Positions 27,884-42,622 of a stretch of 64,000 nt of DNA are shown here, in pieces (positions within the stretch are counted from its first letter, which is position 1; every line of letters starts with the position of its first letter). This DNA is from the human T2T-CHM13v2.0 reference genome, Homo sapiens. Where the stretch lies: assembly GCF_009914755.1 (NCBI RefSeq), contig NC_060936.1; one strand, 5' to 3'. A model generated the notes under the pieces. The model did no database searches. It was given only the letters and a program-made list of their open reading frames with translations, and was not told the DNA's origin. The position numbers and the translations under genes were made by a program.

Positions 27884-30347
27884 CAAGTCATTTATTTATT
27901 CTAAAGTATAGAAGGGACCACTTTATATTCATTTAACAGAACTGTTTTACTTAATATAATACAGCCAAAAAGGAAGCAGGTTTATCTGCAGATAGGTAAG
28001 CCCCAATTCCTGGAACCATTAAATGTCACTCAAAACTTTTAGGATTGTTGGCTCTGGCTTCAGATAAGAAGGATAAACAAATCTCAACATGGGAATTTAG
28101 TTCAAGTGGCCATTTCAACTCGTCATAACCAAGTTCTCAAAGAATATGTGTTTCCAAAGTATGTGCAGAACAGAGTCTTTGTTTTGTTAAATCAGTGCTT
28201 ACTTCAAGCACATGCAAGTTCCTACTTGCATCATTATCAGGTCTCTTTCAAAGCTGTCAGTCTTTCCTTGGATGCTGAATTGCTCTGCAAGTTTCTTTCC
28301 TTTTAGGGAGTGATAATTCCTTATAGACCGTCAGCCCTATCAACAATGAACAGATTTCCTAGGATATGGAACACAGCATACACTGTAAATTGCTATTTGA
28401 ATAGTATTTATGTGATAGAGTAGCTTTCACCAATTCATTCCGTTGAAATTGTGCAAATTTTTCTAACAATGAAATTCCAGGTATTAATCTCTTAGGACTC
28501 TATTTCCTCACTTTATGAGTATGCTTGCCTAGGATCTCTGGCAAGTAAGAACCAAAATCAAATTCCTTGTTTTGAATTAAGACATTCCTTTAGTTTCTGT
28601 GGTAGTTGTCTTATATGAATGGGTACTTTGTTCATTTTGCTTTTTTTTTGTGGTTAAAGTAGAAAATGTTTTGTTGATTTGTTTCTTATTTTTAAGCTGA
28701 GGAATTCTGGGGTACTTACTGCCACTTCTGTTGATCACTATTTTCAACCGAACTCTATGTTTACATTTTATATTCTAGTTCCTATTTAGCTATTACCCTA
28801 CCTCCTCCCATTTTCACATAACTAAATCAACAGTCTAAACAATCAACTCTTTCCAGTAAAATTTCCAACCCCAATCCTGTGCTTTCTTAGAGTTAAACCA
28901 TGGAAATTCCACAATCTAATCCTACTCTAATGTTTGCCCTTCTAAAGTCATGAACAATTTGTTGATAGTTGATATAAACTACGTGCCTACACAGCTGAAA
29001 AATCGTGTATTTCTAAAACACTTGTAATCATGTTTCACTCATTTTTTATTTTTGCTTGTGCTATTGTTTCTTTGGAAAAGGCTGAATCATAAATTCAAAG
29101 TTCTATTTTTCAGTAATTTGTTTAACCATGTATATATTGGCTTTTTAAGATTCTTGAGTTTATTAAAGATAAAATGAAGGTAAACAAATAATATTAAATG
29201 TCAGTCAGTTTTGATCTGCCTGCTTGTAAGAGAGGAAACTAGTTTTGACTGGAATGTCTAGCAGTTTTGTAATTTTTAATTAAATATCGTCAATGATTTG
29301 CAAGGAGAATAAAACACAATGAACTAAGTATTTCATTTGTGAGGTAATAGCAGGTCTTTCTGTTTTTCAATTCCTCCACGATTATGATTATGAAATAAAT
29401 GATTAAAGATTGTCAAATTTACAAACGTACTTTTTGTTTGCCTTAATAAATGATATTATCACTGTTTCTTATTTTTCAGAGATATTTTAAACTTAAATAG
29501 TTTTATATAAATATTTACTCAATGATATTCATTAGAAGAAAGTAAGATATAATGTTCTCTCTTTCACTAGAAAATATAAAGGATTAAGAAAATTGACAGT
29601 CATACAGGATGTCAAAGGTGACACAAATGATTGCTTTTAAATTCCTGATGTGCATGTAATTTGATGCTTTATTCGCCTGTATGTATTGTTTCCAAAAGAA
29701 GAAACATATAGATTCTGCTTTGAGTGTAAAAACTTTTTTCTTGACTCCATGCTCTCAATTTCTTACCTTCTTTCTTGATAGCTTCTGTCTTATGTTTTCT
29801 TGGTTAATTATAGCAGCTCTAGCTAGGACTACTAAAAACATGTGCTTTCTATCCCTATGTACTTATAACATGTTATTATTCTAGAATCCAAACTGACTCA
29901 ATGATATTGACTCAATGATATTGGACTGCTAGCATCTCACTACCACTGACAATTCAGTCAAAAACTGTGAACTTCCTTAGGAATTTTAAAGTACCATGAA
30001 CACCAAATCATGATCTCACTAAATGATTAAATAAAATATATAATTTAAAATGAATAAAATTAAAAGTATTCTAAACATAACTAGGAATATGACTGTTTCC
30101 AAAGACCAACAACAGAAATATATGCACATTCTAAGACTAAGCATAAATTTTTAAAAGGTAATATATTAATTCCACAGAATATGTGACACAGAATCTCTGT
30201 AGTTCCAGAACCAGTAAATTTGAGAAACCGGCTGAAATAAACCATGTGTTTTAAAATCATCCTGGAGACTTGCTAATTCTGGCATGCTTTCTCCTCTCTA
30301 TCTCCTGCCTCATTCAAGAAACTGTGCTGGTTTATTAGGTGAAATAA

Positions 30348-30684
<337 letters not shown>

Positions 30685-32114
30685 CCACAGACAGTCTTTA
30701 AGAGCAGTCACGGTAAGATTTACGGATTAAGAAGCTGAAAGTAGACAAAATAATACTGTAACACTTCTTCACTGAAGCACTTTACATTACTTTCAATTTG
30801 GTAGCTATTCACAGAGAGATATCTATGTTCTTTCTTATAGGGCCTAAAGCTAGTATCTACCCAGTGAGAACGTTCTTTTCACAGGAGTTGGTGAAATACC
30901 AATTAGAGATTCTCAGAGTGAAAAGCCTGGCTCATAAACTATGAGGTTTCTAAGAATATTCATAAGGAGTATTCACCCAGCCTTCTAATCTGATTAATCT
31001 AAATACCAGCATTACCACCCAGTTTGTTTTTGTTTTACTTTCTTTAATTCGTGTCAAACTTCAGTCTTGCTGGAATTAGACGTATGCATGCCTAGGGCAC
31101 GAAGTGTACCTTTCTGTTTGTGCTTTCAGCATCTACCTCTGGGATGTGCAATCAAAATCTAGAGCCATGTCATCAGAATCACCAGAATTCCAGACCTAGA
31201 AGGAATACTGAGGACCAGTCTCACCAATTGTATAAGCGGGAAAATCAAGGCTTAGAGTAGTGAAGTGTCTCGTTCCAGGTTACATAACAAATTTACACAG
31301 AAACGCGAGAAACCAGGACTCTCGATCACTCATTTTGTTCTAGTAGCCATGAGAATAGTGAAAGCACATAAAACTGAAGTGTTTTTTTCTGCTGAATTCA
31401 CTATGACCCATGTGGTCTCACGTCTGGACCAGACACGATTCTTCGGCTCAATTAAGAAATCTCTTTGGAATAGAAATGGTTCTTTCTGTTTCATTTCAGT
31501 TAATCCAGAGTCATACCAATGAAGGTAAATTTCTCTGAGGAATTGTGACAATTGCCATTTGTGGACTTTATTTACTGTTCTTTTGGTTTTTTTCGTTGTG
31601 GCTAGAAAGCTGACATTCTACTCTCAAACATTCCATGGGCAGGCAAATTTAAAAGTTTCCTATAAAAGCACTTTGCAAAATATTGCATGTTCATGTTGCC
31701 AGTGTAGTCTCCGAAATCTTAACTTCTCTTTGGATTAGCTGGGTTTTGTAATGATTTATTTTAGTCCTCTCCCTAAACAATTAATTTGGGTCTTCAGTGT
31801 TCACTTTAGGCATCTAACTTTACATTTCTTGTTTGAATTAAAGTGCCGTAGAAATCTCAATCTGATTAAGATGGTAATCAACCAAAGCACTCTAAATATG
31901 TGTTATTTCCCAGGGCAGACCTATAAATGGCCCCTAGGCCCGCCCTAAAATAGAACAGTGAAGGAACAGCACAGGGGTTTGGGGAGTGAGGGCAGCAACG
32001 ATGAACTAGAGGCCCAGTTTTTAGTCCCAACTCTGTCAATTCACTTTGTGATTTCAGGCAAGTCATTTAATCTATTCAGGGCTTCAGTTTCTCCATCTAT
32101 AAAATAAATTCTAA

Positions 32115-32630
32115 TCGATGCTGGCCAATATGGGAATCCCACTATCCATCTGCAGCTCCTCTCACTCAAAATGCATTGAATGTGACTGCAGAGCTAAAAT
32201 TTTCATTTTACTTAATTATAATTTCTTTAAATTGAAAAGTCAATAATATCACCCTATTTAGAGGCTGGAACTTTTAAGTATGTTTGGAAAACACAGAAAT
32301 GTGACTATCTTCTCAATGGTAAATTTTATTAAAAAATCTAAATATGGAATAACTATTTCTAATGAAAATTTAGTGTATGAACTGTAATATGTTGCAGATG
32401 TAAAACACACTGTGGATTTTGAATAATATGAAACATATAAAACATTCCATTAATAATTTTTATATTGATTTTAAGGTGAAATGACAATATTTTGGATACA
32501 TGGGGCTAAATAAATTTCATTATACTTAATTTCAGCTGCTCGTTTTTATTTATTTTTTTTTTAGTGTTGCTACCAGACAATTAAGATTATGAACGTGGCT
32601 TCCATTGTATTTCTATCAGAGAATAATGGC
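32115..32630. mobile_element. hAT-Charlie (Charlie1/MER3/MER33-like) DNA transposon relic
   Basis: tgctggccaata... start and ...gtggcttccattgtatttctat end resemble MER3/MER33 termini. Confidence 0.6.
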
Positions 32631-34821
32631 CTAGATAATCTGAACAGCATCTTAATATAATCACTTATTAGGAAGACGGGCCCCTGTGCTGTAGTACAGT
32701 ATACAAAAGAACTACTTAAAATAGCATTTAATGTCATATTTTATTCATTCAACTAACATTTTATGCTTATTCCTTTTAAATAAATACTTTCTTATTACAT
32801 GGGAGATCGAGGCAGATAAATAGTTGACTACAAGTGTCTATTTGGCTGACGTCTATTTTTATAGAGAGAATGCCGCATCATAGGAGTGGAGCCTCAGAAT
32901 CCATGCTTACAAACGGTGAACTTGCCCTGTAGCCATAGTTGGTTGGATGATGGTAGACACCTGACTTGGATAGGCCAACCAGAACGTTCCTCCCCAAAAT
33001 TGGTATTGATCATTAGAAACTGATAATTAATCTCTGAATAGGGCTGAAATTGAAATATGTAAACCTGGCAGCTCTTGGGCAGTTACATTCTACCAAGTGA
33101 CTGGAACAAAGGAGAAAATATCTGCACAAATAGAATGAGGCGGAGAAACAGAGATTCAGAGATGGAGAAGGAAAAACTGATAGTTTCCAATCCTGGTTCC
33201 AGTCTTTTCATGGGGCCTGTTGCACCCATGCCCTTAGGTGACATGCTATTCTTTAGTGTCCTTATAATAATGGGACTTTTACTATTAGTGAAAACCACAG
33301 GAATCTAAACTAATAAGATGGGCTCCTTCAAGATTTGGAAATCTAGCATTTTTGCCAAGAGTTAAATGTTTATTCATAACTATTTTTTGAGGAGCGACTA
33401 TATGCATTGGATTGTCTAAAGAATGGTGAGGAGATACACAGGAGTAAAAGATTTCAACCTTGCTCTGTAGATAGTCAAAATATAGTAAAAAGAGAACACA
33501 ACAACAAAATAATAATGATGGTATCTGATGTTATTATATGCACACCACAACTCATATTTTTTGTATTTTAATTATTTCTCACGATAATACTTTGAGACAA
33601 ATATATAACACTTAAAATATTAAGCTCTATGTAAGCAATATATGATCATGTACCCAAGATGAATAGCTTCTGGACAAATTCCATAGAAGTCACAAGATAA
33701 TAAACTAAAAGATAGGGTCCACATAGCAGGTGCAATGATAGTATTGCTGACCACCAAGCTCCAGCATCAAGCAAAACACTCAGCACAGAGTAGCACCTGA
33801 TCAAATGATACATGGGAGAGAAAATGTGGGCTGAAAGAGCAGAAAATGTCCTTGTGTGAAAGAGAAATCTTAAACTGACCTTGGAGGAGATGACCACTAA
33901 GATGGGTTAAGCCCCAAGATATTGCATGATTCTATGGGTAGAATTTGGATAAGTGGATGGGAGAAGAAAGGGCATCCTTTGAGAACAGGCGCATTATTTT
34001 AGGAGGCAGTGATGCATGTGGCTGAGGTGGCAAGTTTGTGTTGGGGAATAATGGGTATTCAGATGAGTTGGTTAGGGTAGGGAAGGATTACAGAGAGTCA
34101 TGAACATTAGGTTCAGGAATCTGGCTCTCAGCCTTTAGTAAATGGGAACAATAAGCAGGTTCTTGAATGCAAAAATAACTCAATTAAAGCAGTAGAACCA
34201 AAGGCTTAAAGAAGCTGTGATTCCCCAAAATTGCATAATACAATTCTTACACCTAAAATATTTCAAAAAATTCACACGTATCTAAAAGAAGATAATAACG
34301 TTGCAGTGCAGATACTGTGTGACGAGTTATAGGCACTCACCTCATCATTATAACCTTGTGAACTAAGTTCAAATCTGTGCCTCAAGGAAATTACAAATGA
34401 TTATATGGTAGGGAAATTTTCTTCCTCCTTCCTTTCTTCACTTTCTTTCAGCAAATATTCATTAAATGCATATGAGCATCCATGAGGCACTGAGAATCTA
34501 ATGCAGAGCAAAAAGAATATAGTTCCTACCTTTGTGAAGTTTACAGGTTGGTGGAAGATTATCTATTAAATCATCCCACAAATACATCCAAAACTGCTAC
34601 TCTGAGGAGTGCGATGAGAAGAGTTTCCAGTAGAACAATTTGGTTTCATCAAAAATCAAAACCAAAATCTAAAAGAATCAGGTGTTAGCTAGACAAAAGA
34701 ACCAATCAGGATTCCAGGAATAGAGAAAGCCAGGCAAGAAGCTATGTGGCAGCAAGGAACTGGTAACGATAACGATAAAGGACTGAAAAAGGATGTGGAA
34801 AGGTGCCAGATCAGTATAGTC

Positions 34822-35124
34822 TTTTTTTTTTTTTTTTTTTTTTGAGACGGAGTCTCGCTCTGTCACCCAGCCTGGAGTGCAGTGGTGCAATCTTGGCTCA
34901 CTGAAAACTCCACCTCCCAGGTTCACGCCATTCTCCTGTCTCAGCCTCCTGAGTAGCTGGGACTACAGGCGCCCGCCACCACGCCCAGCTAATTTTCTGT
35001 ATTTTTAGTATAGACGGGGTTTCACTGTGTTAACCAGGATGGTCTCGATCTCCTGACCTCATGATCCACCTGTCTCAGCCTCCCAAAATGCTGAGATTAC
35101 AGGCGTGAGCCACTGTGCCCAGCT
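34822..35124 (-). mobile_element. AluY/Sc-type SINE with TSD
   Basis: ttcacgccattctcc and ccaggatggtctcgatctcctgacctc; TSD agatca(g/c)ta(t/c)agtctt at 34808-34823 and 35125-35140. Confidence 0.95.
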
Positions 35125-35924
35125 AGATCACTACAGTCTTGGAGGCCTTGTTGAAGCAGCTCCTTTTCCTGTTTCCTAAGAGCAGCAAAAAGCCATTCAA
35201 TGAATATAAAGAAACAGGAATGAAATGATTGGATGTATTTCTTTTTAAATCACTCTGTCTATTCAGGAAGAATCAAAACATCAAATAATAAATCCTCAGG
35301 TATCAAAGAAAATGGAAAGAGCCCAGAGGTAAGTAACAGGGCCAGGCAAAAAAAGATGAGAATAGCCAAGAAGTGAAATTGTGCATACCTGAGGAAGGGT
35401 ACTGAAGAGGGAAGAAGTTTGGAAGGCTTATTGTTAGAGTGGCATCACATGCTGCCAATCACTTCCATATTTAGCTGTGCCTTTAAAAAGTCTGAACGAA
35501 AAACTGACAATGATAGCAAAGATTGGTTCAGGTAAGTATCATCAATAGATGCTAAATCTGTGGGAGAAACTTTGAGAAGGAGAAGGATTGCTTATATGGC
35601 CTTAAAGTGTCTCTCCCCAAATTGTGAATGAGTAAATATACATAAACAGTTGAACATCTTAACCAGATGATCAAAACAAACAGCACCATGAGGAGAGGAT
35701 GGACTCTGTGTGCCTCTGGATGTGGTTACCTGAGCACAAATCATCACTTTCGTAGCATTGTCACTTGAATTGCATAAGCTCCACAGAAGCATTAAGAAAC
35801 ATCAATCAAATGTTGCAAAGAGAAACACTTTTCTTAAAGGGGAGGACTGTCTCATTCAAAAATGTCAGTGCCATAAAGACAAAGAAAGCCTGAGGAAATC
35901 TTAAAGGAGACTAGAGAGACAGGA

Positions 35925-36390
35925 TGTAGTAGCTTATTATTGCTGCTATAACAAAGTACTACAAACTTGGTGGCTTAAAGCAGCACAAATTTGTTATTTT
36001 ACAGTTCTGGAGGTCAGAAGTTTAAAATAGGTCTGAATAGGCTAATACCAAGGTATTCATTAGGGCTGTGTTTCTTTTGGATGCTGTAAAGGAAAAATCA
36101 TTTTCTTTGCCTTTTCCAGCTTTCAGAGGCCATGTGCGTTCCTTGGCTTGTGAATCCCTCTTCCATCTTTGAAGCCAGCAGTGTAATATTTTCAAATCTC
36201 CCTCTCTGGCTCTGACACTCCTGCCTCCCTTTTATAAGAACTCATGTAAATCAGAGTGGGACCACCTGGATAATCCAAAATAACTTTTCCATCTATAAAT
36301 CCTTAATTTAATTACATCTGCAAAGTCCTTTTTGCCATGTCAGGTAATATATTCCCAAAACAAGGCATCTTTGGGAGTCATTATTTACAT
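35925..36390 (-). mobile_element. MaLR LTR (MLT1-type) embedded among old L1M 3' fragments
   Basis: gctgctataacaaagtactacaaacttggtggcttaaa...acagttctggaggtcagaag...ttacatctgcaaagtcc. Confidence 0.8.
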
Positions 36391-36859
36391 GGTATCAAAA
36401 TGAAAATTCCAATCCTAGATAGGATCTTATACTGAAGGAAAAGAAATGCAAAAAACAAAAAACAAAAACAAAAACAAAAAAGCTAAATTGAAATGCAGAC
36501 CTAGATTAAAGTACTATAATTATTGTAAAATGTGTTGAAGTTGCAAATGTACTGTGTTTAGGTAAGAAAATATCCTTCACATAGGAAATACACACTGAAG
36601 TATTTAAGAGTAAATGGCCATGTATGCATCAGTATACAACTTATTCAAGAAGTTCAGAAACATAATAAAACACACATGCATACATAGAAAGAAAGCAACT
36701 GATAAAGCAAATGAGGCAGAATGTTAAAAATACTTGAAATAGGTGAATCTGGATTAAACGGCACATGGGTGTTCTTTAAATATTCTTGCAACGTTTTTGT
36801 AAATTTAAAATTATTTGCAAATAAAAAACTAAAAGAAAACTGATGAATATATACTTTAA

Positions 36860-37115
36860 GTAAAAATTGAAAAACGAATAAGATCCAGTGTTCAGTAGCA
36901 AAATAGGTGGCACAGTTAATAAAAATGTCTGTTTCAAAATAACTAAAAGAGTGGAATTGGAATGTTCCTAACACAAAGAAATTGTAAAGTTGAGCTGATG
37001 AATATTCCAGTTACTCTGATTTGATCATTACACACTGTATGGTTGCATCAAAATATCACGTGTACCCCATAAATATACACAACTCTTATGTATCCATAAT
37101 AGCTAAAAATAAAAA
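36860..37115 (+). mobile_element. L1MA-type 3' end
   Basis: tttcaaaataactaaaagagtggaattggaatgttcctaacacaaagaaa...gatcattacacactgtat...tgtaccccataaatata. Confidence 0.8.
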
Positions 37116-39754
37116 AATTTTTTTAAAAATGAAGATTTTTAAACTCAAATATTACAAGCAACCCACAGTTTATGTAAATGCTATGGAAGTTCAAGTGAAT
37201 GAAGGTGTGTGGCAACAATTCAGCAATGCCATTTTTATTCTTTCTACAATAACATTACCAGTAAATGTAAAAGACCAGAAATATCCAGGTATTCTTTAAG
37301 GTTAGGAAGTTAAAGGAAATTTCAACAGTCCGGCAATATAATAGTTTCAAAGAGTTTAAAATAGCATTGGTGATTATCGTTAGATTTAAATACTAAGTGG
37401 TTGATCACACCCTGCTATTTGTGAGACAGAATCTGCTAGGTAATTTTCTAAGAAGGACCTTGGAAAAGTGAACTCCCTTTTCTAGGAGAATTTAGCTGTT
37501 TTTTAAAATGAAGGCAAAATAAAAATAAAAATAAAAGTGTATTCTATTCTAGAGCTTTCTTCTGCCCAGTGCCCATGGGCAGAATTTTATTGCTTTGGCA
37601 CCAGAGAATCTTTTTGGCACCCATTCCCACTCCACCCTCTATTGTTTAAAGACAAAAGATAAGGCAGCTGGGACTCTGACCACTCGCAAATAATCAGAGG
37701 CCTCCCCACTGGGAAACTCCTCTGGTCTTCGCAGAAACGAACATGTCAAAATGAAGGTAAAACAAAGGGTGAGACCCCTGGTTCTGTCCAATGCTCTAAA
37801 CGTGGCCTTGTTTTTCTTGCCCATGGTGGTGGCCAAGAAGAACAGTGTTTCTCCAGTTGTGCCAGTATAGCATGCCAGAATCAATAGTAGATTTTTCTCA
37901 ATTACAGAAACAAGCACAAAATATGTGGCAGTGAATCAGCTTTATTTTCACAAGCTTGGCTCTTGCTATCACAAGCCGACATTGAAATCTATGATTTAGC
38001 ATATTCTATGATTATACCAGCACAAAAAATTCTATTTAGTTGTTTTCAGTTTAGCATTTGTTTTTCAAAGAGCAGCAGGTTATCTTTGGGTGCTTGGCAA
38101 TCACAATCCTAAATGCTGCTGCAGTCAGGAAGGATCTGGGGTGGGTCTTTATTACCTAGAGGCTTCCCTTCAAACACTTTCCCTAAGTGTTGTAATTATA
38201 TAGATCCTCACTTTCCGTAACCCAGGGTTAAGAGTCTGATGACCTAGGGGTTTCTTTTTAAGACTCTGTCACGTTCTAATTGTATAGCCTTGGGCAAAAT
38301 ACTTTTGCGCTGTAAAGCTCAATATATCATTTGTAAAATAGGAATCATAATAGCTATTTTACCTTCCTCAGAGTTTTTCTAATCAGCCAAGAAAATTAAT
38401 ATGTGAAATCATTTTGCAAATGGAAAAGTGTTATAAAAAGGCCACATAATCCCCCCTGCCTGCCTTCCCAATTACTAAACTTTTTGAACTAAAGATCATT
38501 GCCTAATTGGTGTGTGTTTGTTTCTTCAAGTGTCTGCCAAAGTGCTGGCTCCTGGTTAGTTTTTCCTAACTAAATACTTGCTTAGTAACCAAATAATAAA
38601 ATTAATTAACTTTCAGGCTGCTAATAATTTTCCATTTCTATTTCCAGAGAACTCCCCCTAACTCAATAGGATAGACATTGACATAGGCTTGAGGATAAAT
38701 GGTTCAACATGAAGATACATGTTCTAAGGAATTCTAAAAAAAACTTTAGGTAGTTCATGCTAAAATGCTTACTAATAAAAAGAAATGTAGCTTTGACATT
38801 CTCTTGAAATGACAGCCTTGTAGTCTTTGAAATGCATTTTAAGCACAAGCACATAATGATGTGTTTAAATTGGTAACAACTTTGATGGACTGATCCACAA
38901 AAATTGGTCAAAACCTACACAAAGTAGATGTTTAATAAGTTTTGGTAGATTATGGAAAGATGAGAGTTGTAGAGAAGAGAGTAACTCAAATGGTTTTAAA
39001 TTTACTCAAGAAACACAGTACAGTAGTTGAAATGAGTCAACATAAAACAACTTGTCAAAGCATGTTGAAAGATATAAGCGAACTTCAAAGTATAGAAGCT
39101 TAACATAAAATTATTAAATATTCAAAAAGTTCCATGTCTTATGTATGGGTGCATACACTGCAGTAAACATATAAGAGAATGCTCCTCCTGCTCTACATAA
39201 CACTAGTGAATGCTGTCCACATTACAAGCCCTGAAAGCACACATTGGAATGAAAAAGTCCAGCTCAGAATAAGTGTTACCACTAAGAGACAAACTGGGGA
39301 TTAATGAAGACAGAGAAGGAGCATACATAGGGCATTAGTTACATTTGTAATGTTTCATTATTAAAAATATATTTGAAGCAAATATTGCACAATGGTAAGG
39401 TTTGATAAGCTCTGTGATAGGTATACAGATATTACATTATTCTCTATGCTTGAAATATTTCTTAATGTATGAATTCTGATACTGTGTAATGAGAAAAATA
39501 ATTAAAATTTCTTGGTTTCAGCAACAGAGTAGTACTTATAATAGTAAACACATACACTTGTTGTAAGGTTCTAAGAATCTATTGCACTGCTAGTAAATCA
39601 AATTGTGCTTTCAAATTAAACAAGTGAGGTAGGTCAGCTATGAAAAAGAATTTACATAAACTTACACTGAAGTCCTTTTTTAGGGGGATGCTTAAGGAAA
39701 ATGAGAAAATCTGTGGCTAGGTCTAAAGAAGATAATCGTATTTACTTTGGAAGT

Positions 39755-40180
39755 ACAGATGGCCCTCTGTATCCACGGATTCAACCAACCAAAGATGGAA
39801 AATATTCAAACAATAAGAAAACATAAAGCAAATTTTAAAAGCAGAGCATAACAATGATTTATGTAATATAGGCATTATATTCAGTATTAGAATTAATTTA
39901 GAATTAATTTAGAAATAATTTAATTTAGTTCCAAATTCCTGGAACTAAACTCCTGGAACACACAGGAGTTCCAGTGTGCCTTCCATGGTGAAAAATAAAA
40001 ATTTAAAAATAAAGTATACAGAAGAATGTGCATAGGTTATATGCAAATACTATGCCATTCATAGAAATGACTTGAGCATCCTAGGATTTGGGTATCCTGA
40101 TGGTGGAGTGAGTGGGGAGGATGGAGGGTCGGAAGGTGTCCTGGAACCAATTCCCTAAGGATAGTGAAGAACAACTATAC
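39755..40180. mobile_element. Tigger3-like (TcMar) DNA transposon relic with an internal insertion
   Basis: cctctgtatccacggattcaaccaacc...gtgcataggttatatgcaaatactatgcc...gtcctggaaccaattccc. Confidence 0.75.
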
Positions 40181-40397
40181 AGGTCTAGGATATATGTGCT
40201 GAAATGATCACTGATAAAGTTTAACAGTTGCTTAAGAGGGGGAAAAAAAAGCCTGCAAGTCAAATTCCAAAGATAAATTCTTCAAATCCTGACAATAAGC
40301 AAGCTCCTAAATAGCAGCTAGTGTACTATCTCAATATGAATGATCCCATTTCTTCTATGAGCTACTAAAATGAAACTCAGAAATGTAGTTTACATAC

Positions 40398-40460
40398 CAA
40401 AACATCCATCCCGGGGACATATTTGAGGGTTATCATGTAGTCTTTTGGAAGATTTGCCAC
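40398..40460 (-). CDS. KITLG: KITLG coding exon 3 (63 nt)
   Basis: Translates VANLPKDYMITLKYVPGMDVL; polypyrimidine tract plus AG acceptor, GTATGT donor. Confidence 0.98.
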
Positions 40461-40834
40461 CTACAGAGACAAAAAAAAAAATTCCATAAGAAAATTCTTA
40501 TACATCAATTAATCATATTTGTAGTGCTTTGGAGAAAAGCACACAAAACTGTTGTGCTTTTTAAAGTTACCAATGAATTTCAATATTTACATGTATATTG
40601 ATTTTTAATCCTTGATTTCCCTCTGTAATCAAAAGGCATCCTTCAAAATAAAAAAGTGATAATACAGATCTTTTAGACTCCAAATTCAGTTATGCCTGGC
40701 TAGGTATAACCTACTGAGTTTTGGAAACATGATCTGAATTTCAGCTTCCACCTGTGATCTTGGAATTCCCCTCAAGGACTATTTTCCTACTTGTTCCTCC
40801 ATAGGATTAATCATAAAATACATGCTTTTTATGT

Positions 40835-40985
40835 CAGTGGTTCTCAAAATGTGGACCTCAAAGTGATGTGCCAGCAATAGGGAATCTGTCAGAAATGCAT
40901 ATTCTCAGGCCATACCAGAGCTACTGAATCTTACTTAACAAGTCCTCCAGGTGATTCCGATGTGCACCCAAATTTGAGAACTATT
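40835..40985. mobile_element. MER5A-like hAT MITE
   Basis: cagtggttctcaaaatgtgg...agaaatgcatattctcaggc...caggtgattc...tttgagaac. Confidence 0.75.
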
Positions 40986-41484
40986 TTATGTTGAACCTAA
41001 AAAATGATCAGTGAAACTTCAAAAAAACAATGCTACTTATGAGATGCAAATGCTTTATAAGAAATAATTTAGAAAGATTCATTTTGTGATGTAACTTAAT
41101 TCTCTTACCTTCGGCTGAACATTTGAGAAGTCTCAAATATTTGCCTAGGTTCTTTTGAAGGCTTTAAATAACGTCTGACTTACTTACATCAGTCATTCTG
41201 GCATAAGTGAATAAGCAATAGGTTTAGGACAAAGGAATCTGGGACAAATCTAAACTCTGTATGTTGGTTCCTCTCATTTATACAATGAAGATCAAGATAC
41301 CTATGTCAAATGGTCATTTAGAATTAAGACAGATGAATGTGCCAAACACATTATAAACACTCAATCCATGTTCTTTACTGAGAGCTATACCGGCAACTGA
41401 CTTTGGAGGCATATAACCCTAGTAAGTTACAGAGTTCTAGGTTCTCTTCCTTCCTACACACTGTACCAACTTTGCTGTCCGCAA

Positions 41485-42177
41485 CCTTCTCTTATGTCAC
41501 CATTAAAATTCCCAGATGAATAATTTAGCCAACAACTGACTTAGACCATTGGGTATTAAGATAACATATATTAAAAAGTAGTTTTGCACCATTACATCTT
41601 CAAGGGTCTATCTTGCTTTGTAGACTTATTTTTTCCTTCACCTTGTCTCTAAAAACTTTATCTTCCTTATAGAAAGCTAAGATCATGTGCATGTTTGCTA
41701 GACTAGGTCATCTCGCACAAGTTTACCATAACATTTTCTGTATGATTCTGCTTGGTCTTGTCAATAGCTTCTAGAATCTGAGAACAATTTATTGATAAAT
41801 GAATTTAGGCATGGGCATAAGTAGTCACATGGGAGCTAAGATAGTAACTGATCTCATGGTGCTTACTACCATCCTACTTCCAGTAATGCCACCTGACACT
41901 CATTTCAGCTCTGAACTGAGGCACTTAGTATGGTTCCTCTTCCCTAAGTTCACATAATCATAAAATAGTAACAGTGTCTAACACGTATCAAATATTTACT
42001 ATGTGCTAGGCACTGTGCTCACTATGGGCTTGGGCTGCATTATTACAATTTATCCTCAGATCCCGCTGACATATTACCTCTATTTAACAGATGAAGAAAC
42101 TGAGGCTAGAAGGGGTCAAGTGCCTTGACTAAGGTCACACAGCCATCACATGTTAAGTCTAGACTAGAACTCAGGTC
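41485..42177 (+). repeat. Local duplication, copy 1 (ends in a MIR)
   Basis: About 98% identical to 51643-52351 by manual alignment. Confidence 0.97.
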
Positions 42178-42331
42178 CCTGGAGAGAAGAGCCTCCCTTG
42201 TCTCTTAGCTCCACTACATATTTTCACACTCTACACCCTCTGGGCACTTGTTCTGGGTATTTTCCACTTGTGAATCTTCACCATCAACCTTCTTCATACC
42301 ACCCTAAATAAAATATTAGAATCATTGCTGC

Positions 42332-42622
42332 TTTTTTTTTCTTTTTTTGGTACAGAGTCTCACTCTGTCACCCAGGCTGGAGTGCAGTAGCACAATCCTG
42401 GCTCACTCCAACCTCCACCTCCTGGGCTTAAGGAATCCTCGCATGTGTCAGCCTCTGGGATTACAGGCACGCACCACTACACCTGGCTAATTTTTGTATT
42501 TTTAGCAGAGACGGGGTTTTGCTATGTTGGCCAGTCTGGTCTCAAACTCCTGGCCTCAAGTGATCTGCCTGCCTTGGCCTCCCAAAATGCTGGGATTACA
42601 GTCATGAGCCACCGTGTCCATT
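42332..42622 (-). mobile_element. Alu SINE with small internal deletion
   Basis: Reverse Alu; TSD cattgctgctt on both sides. Confidence 0.92.
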
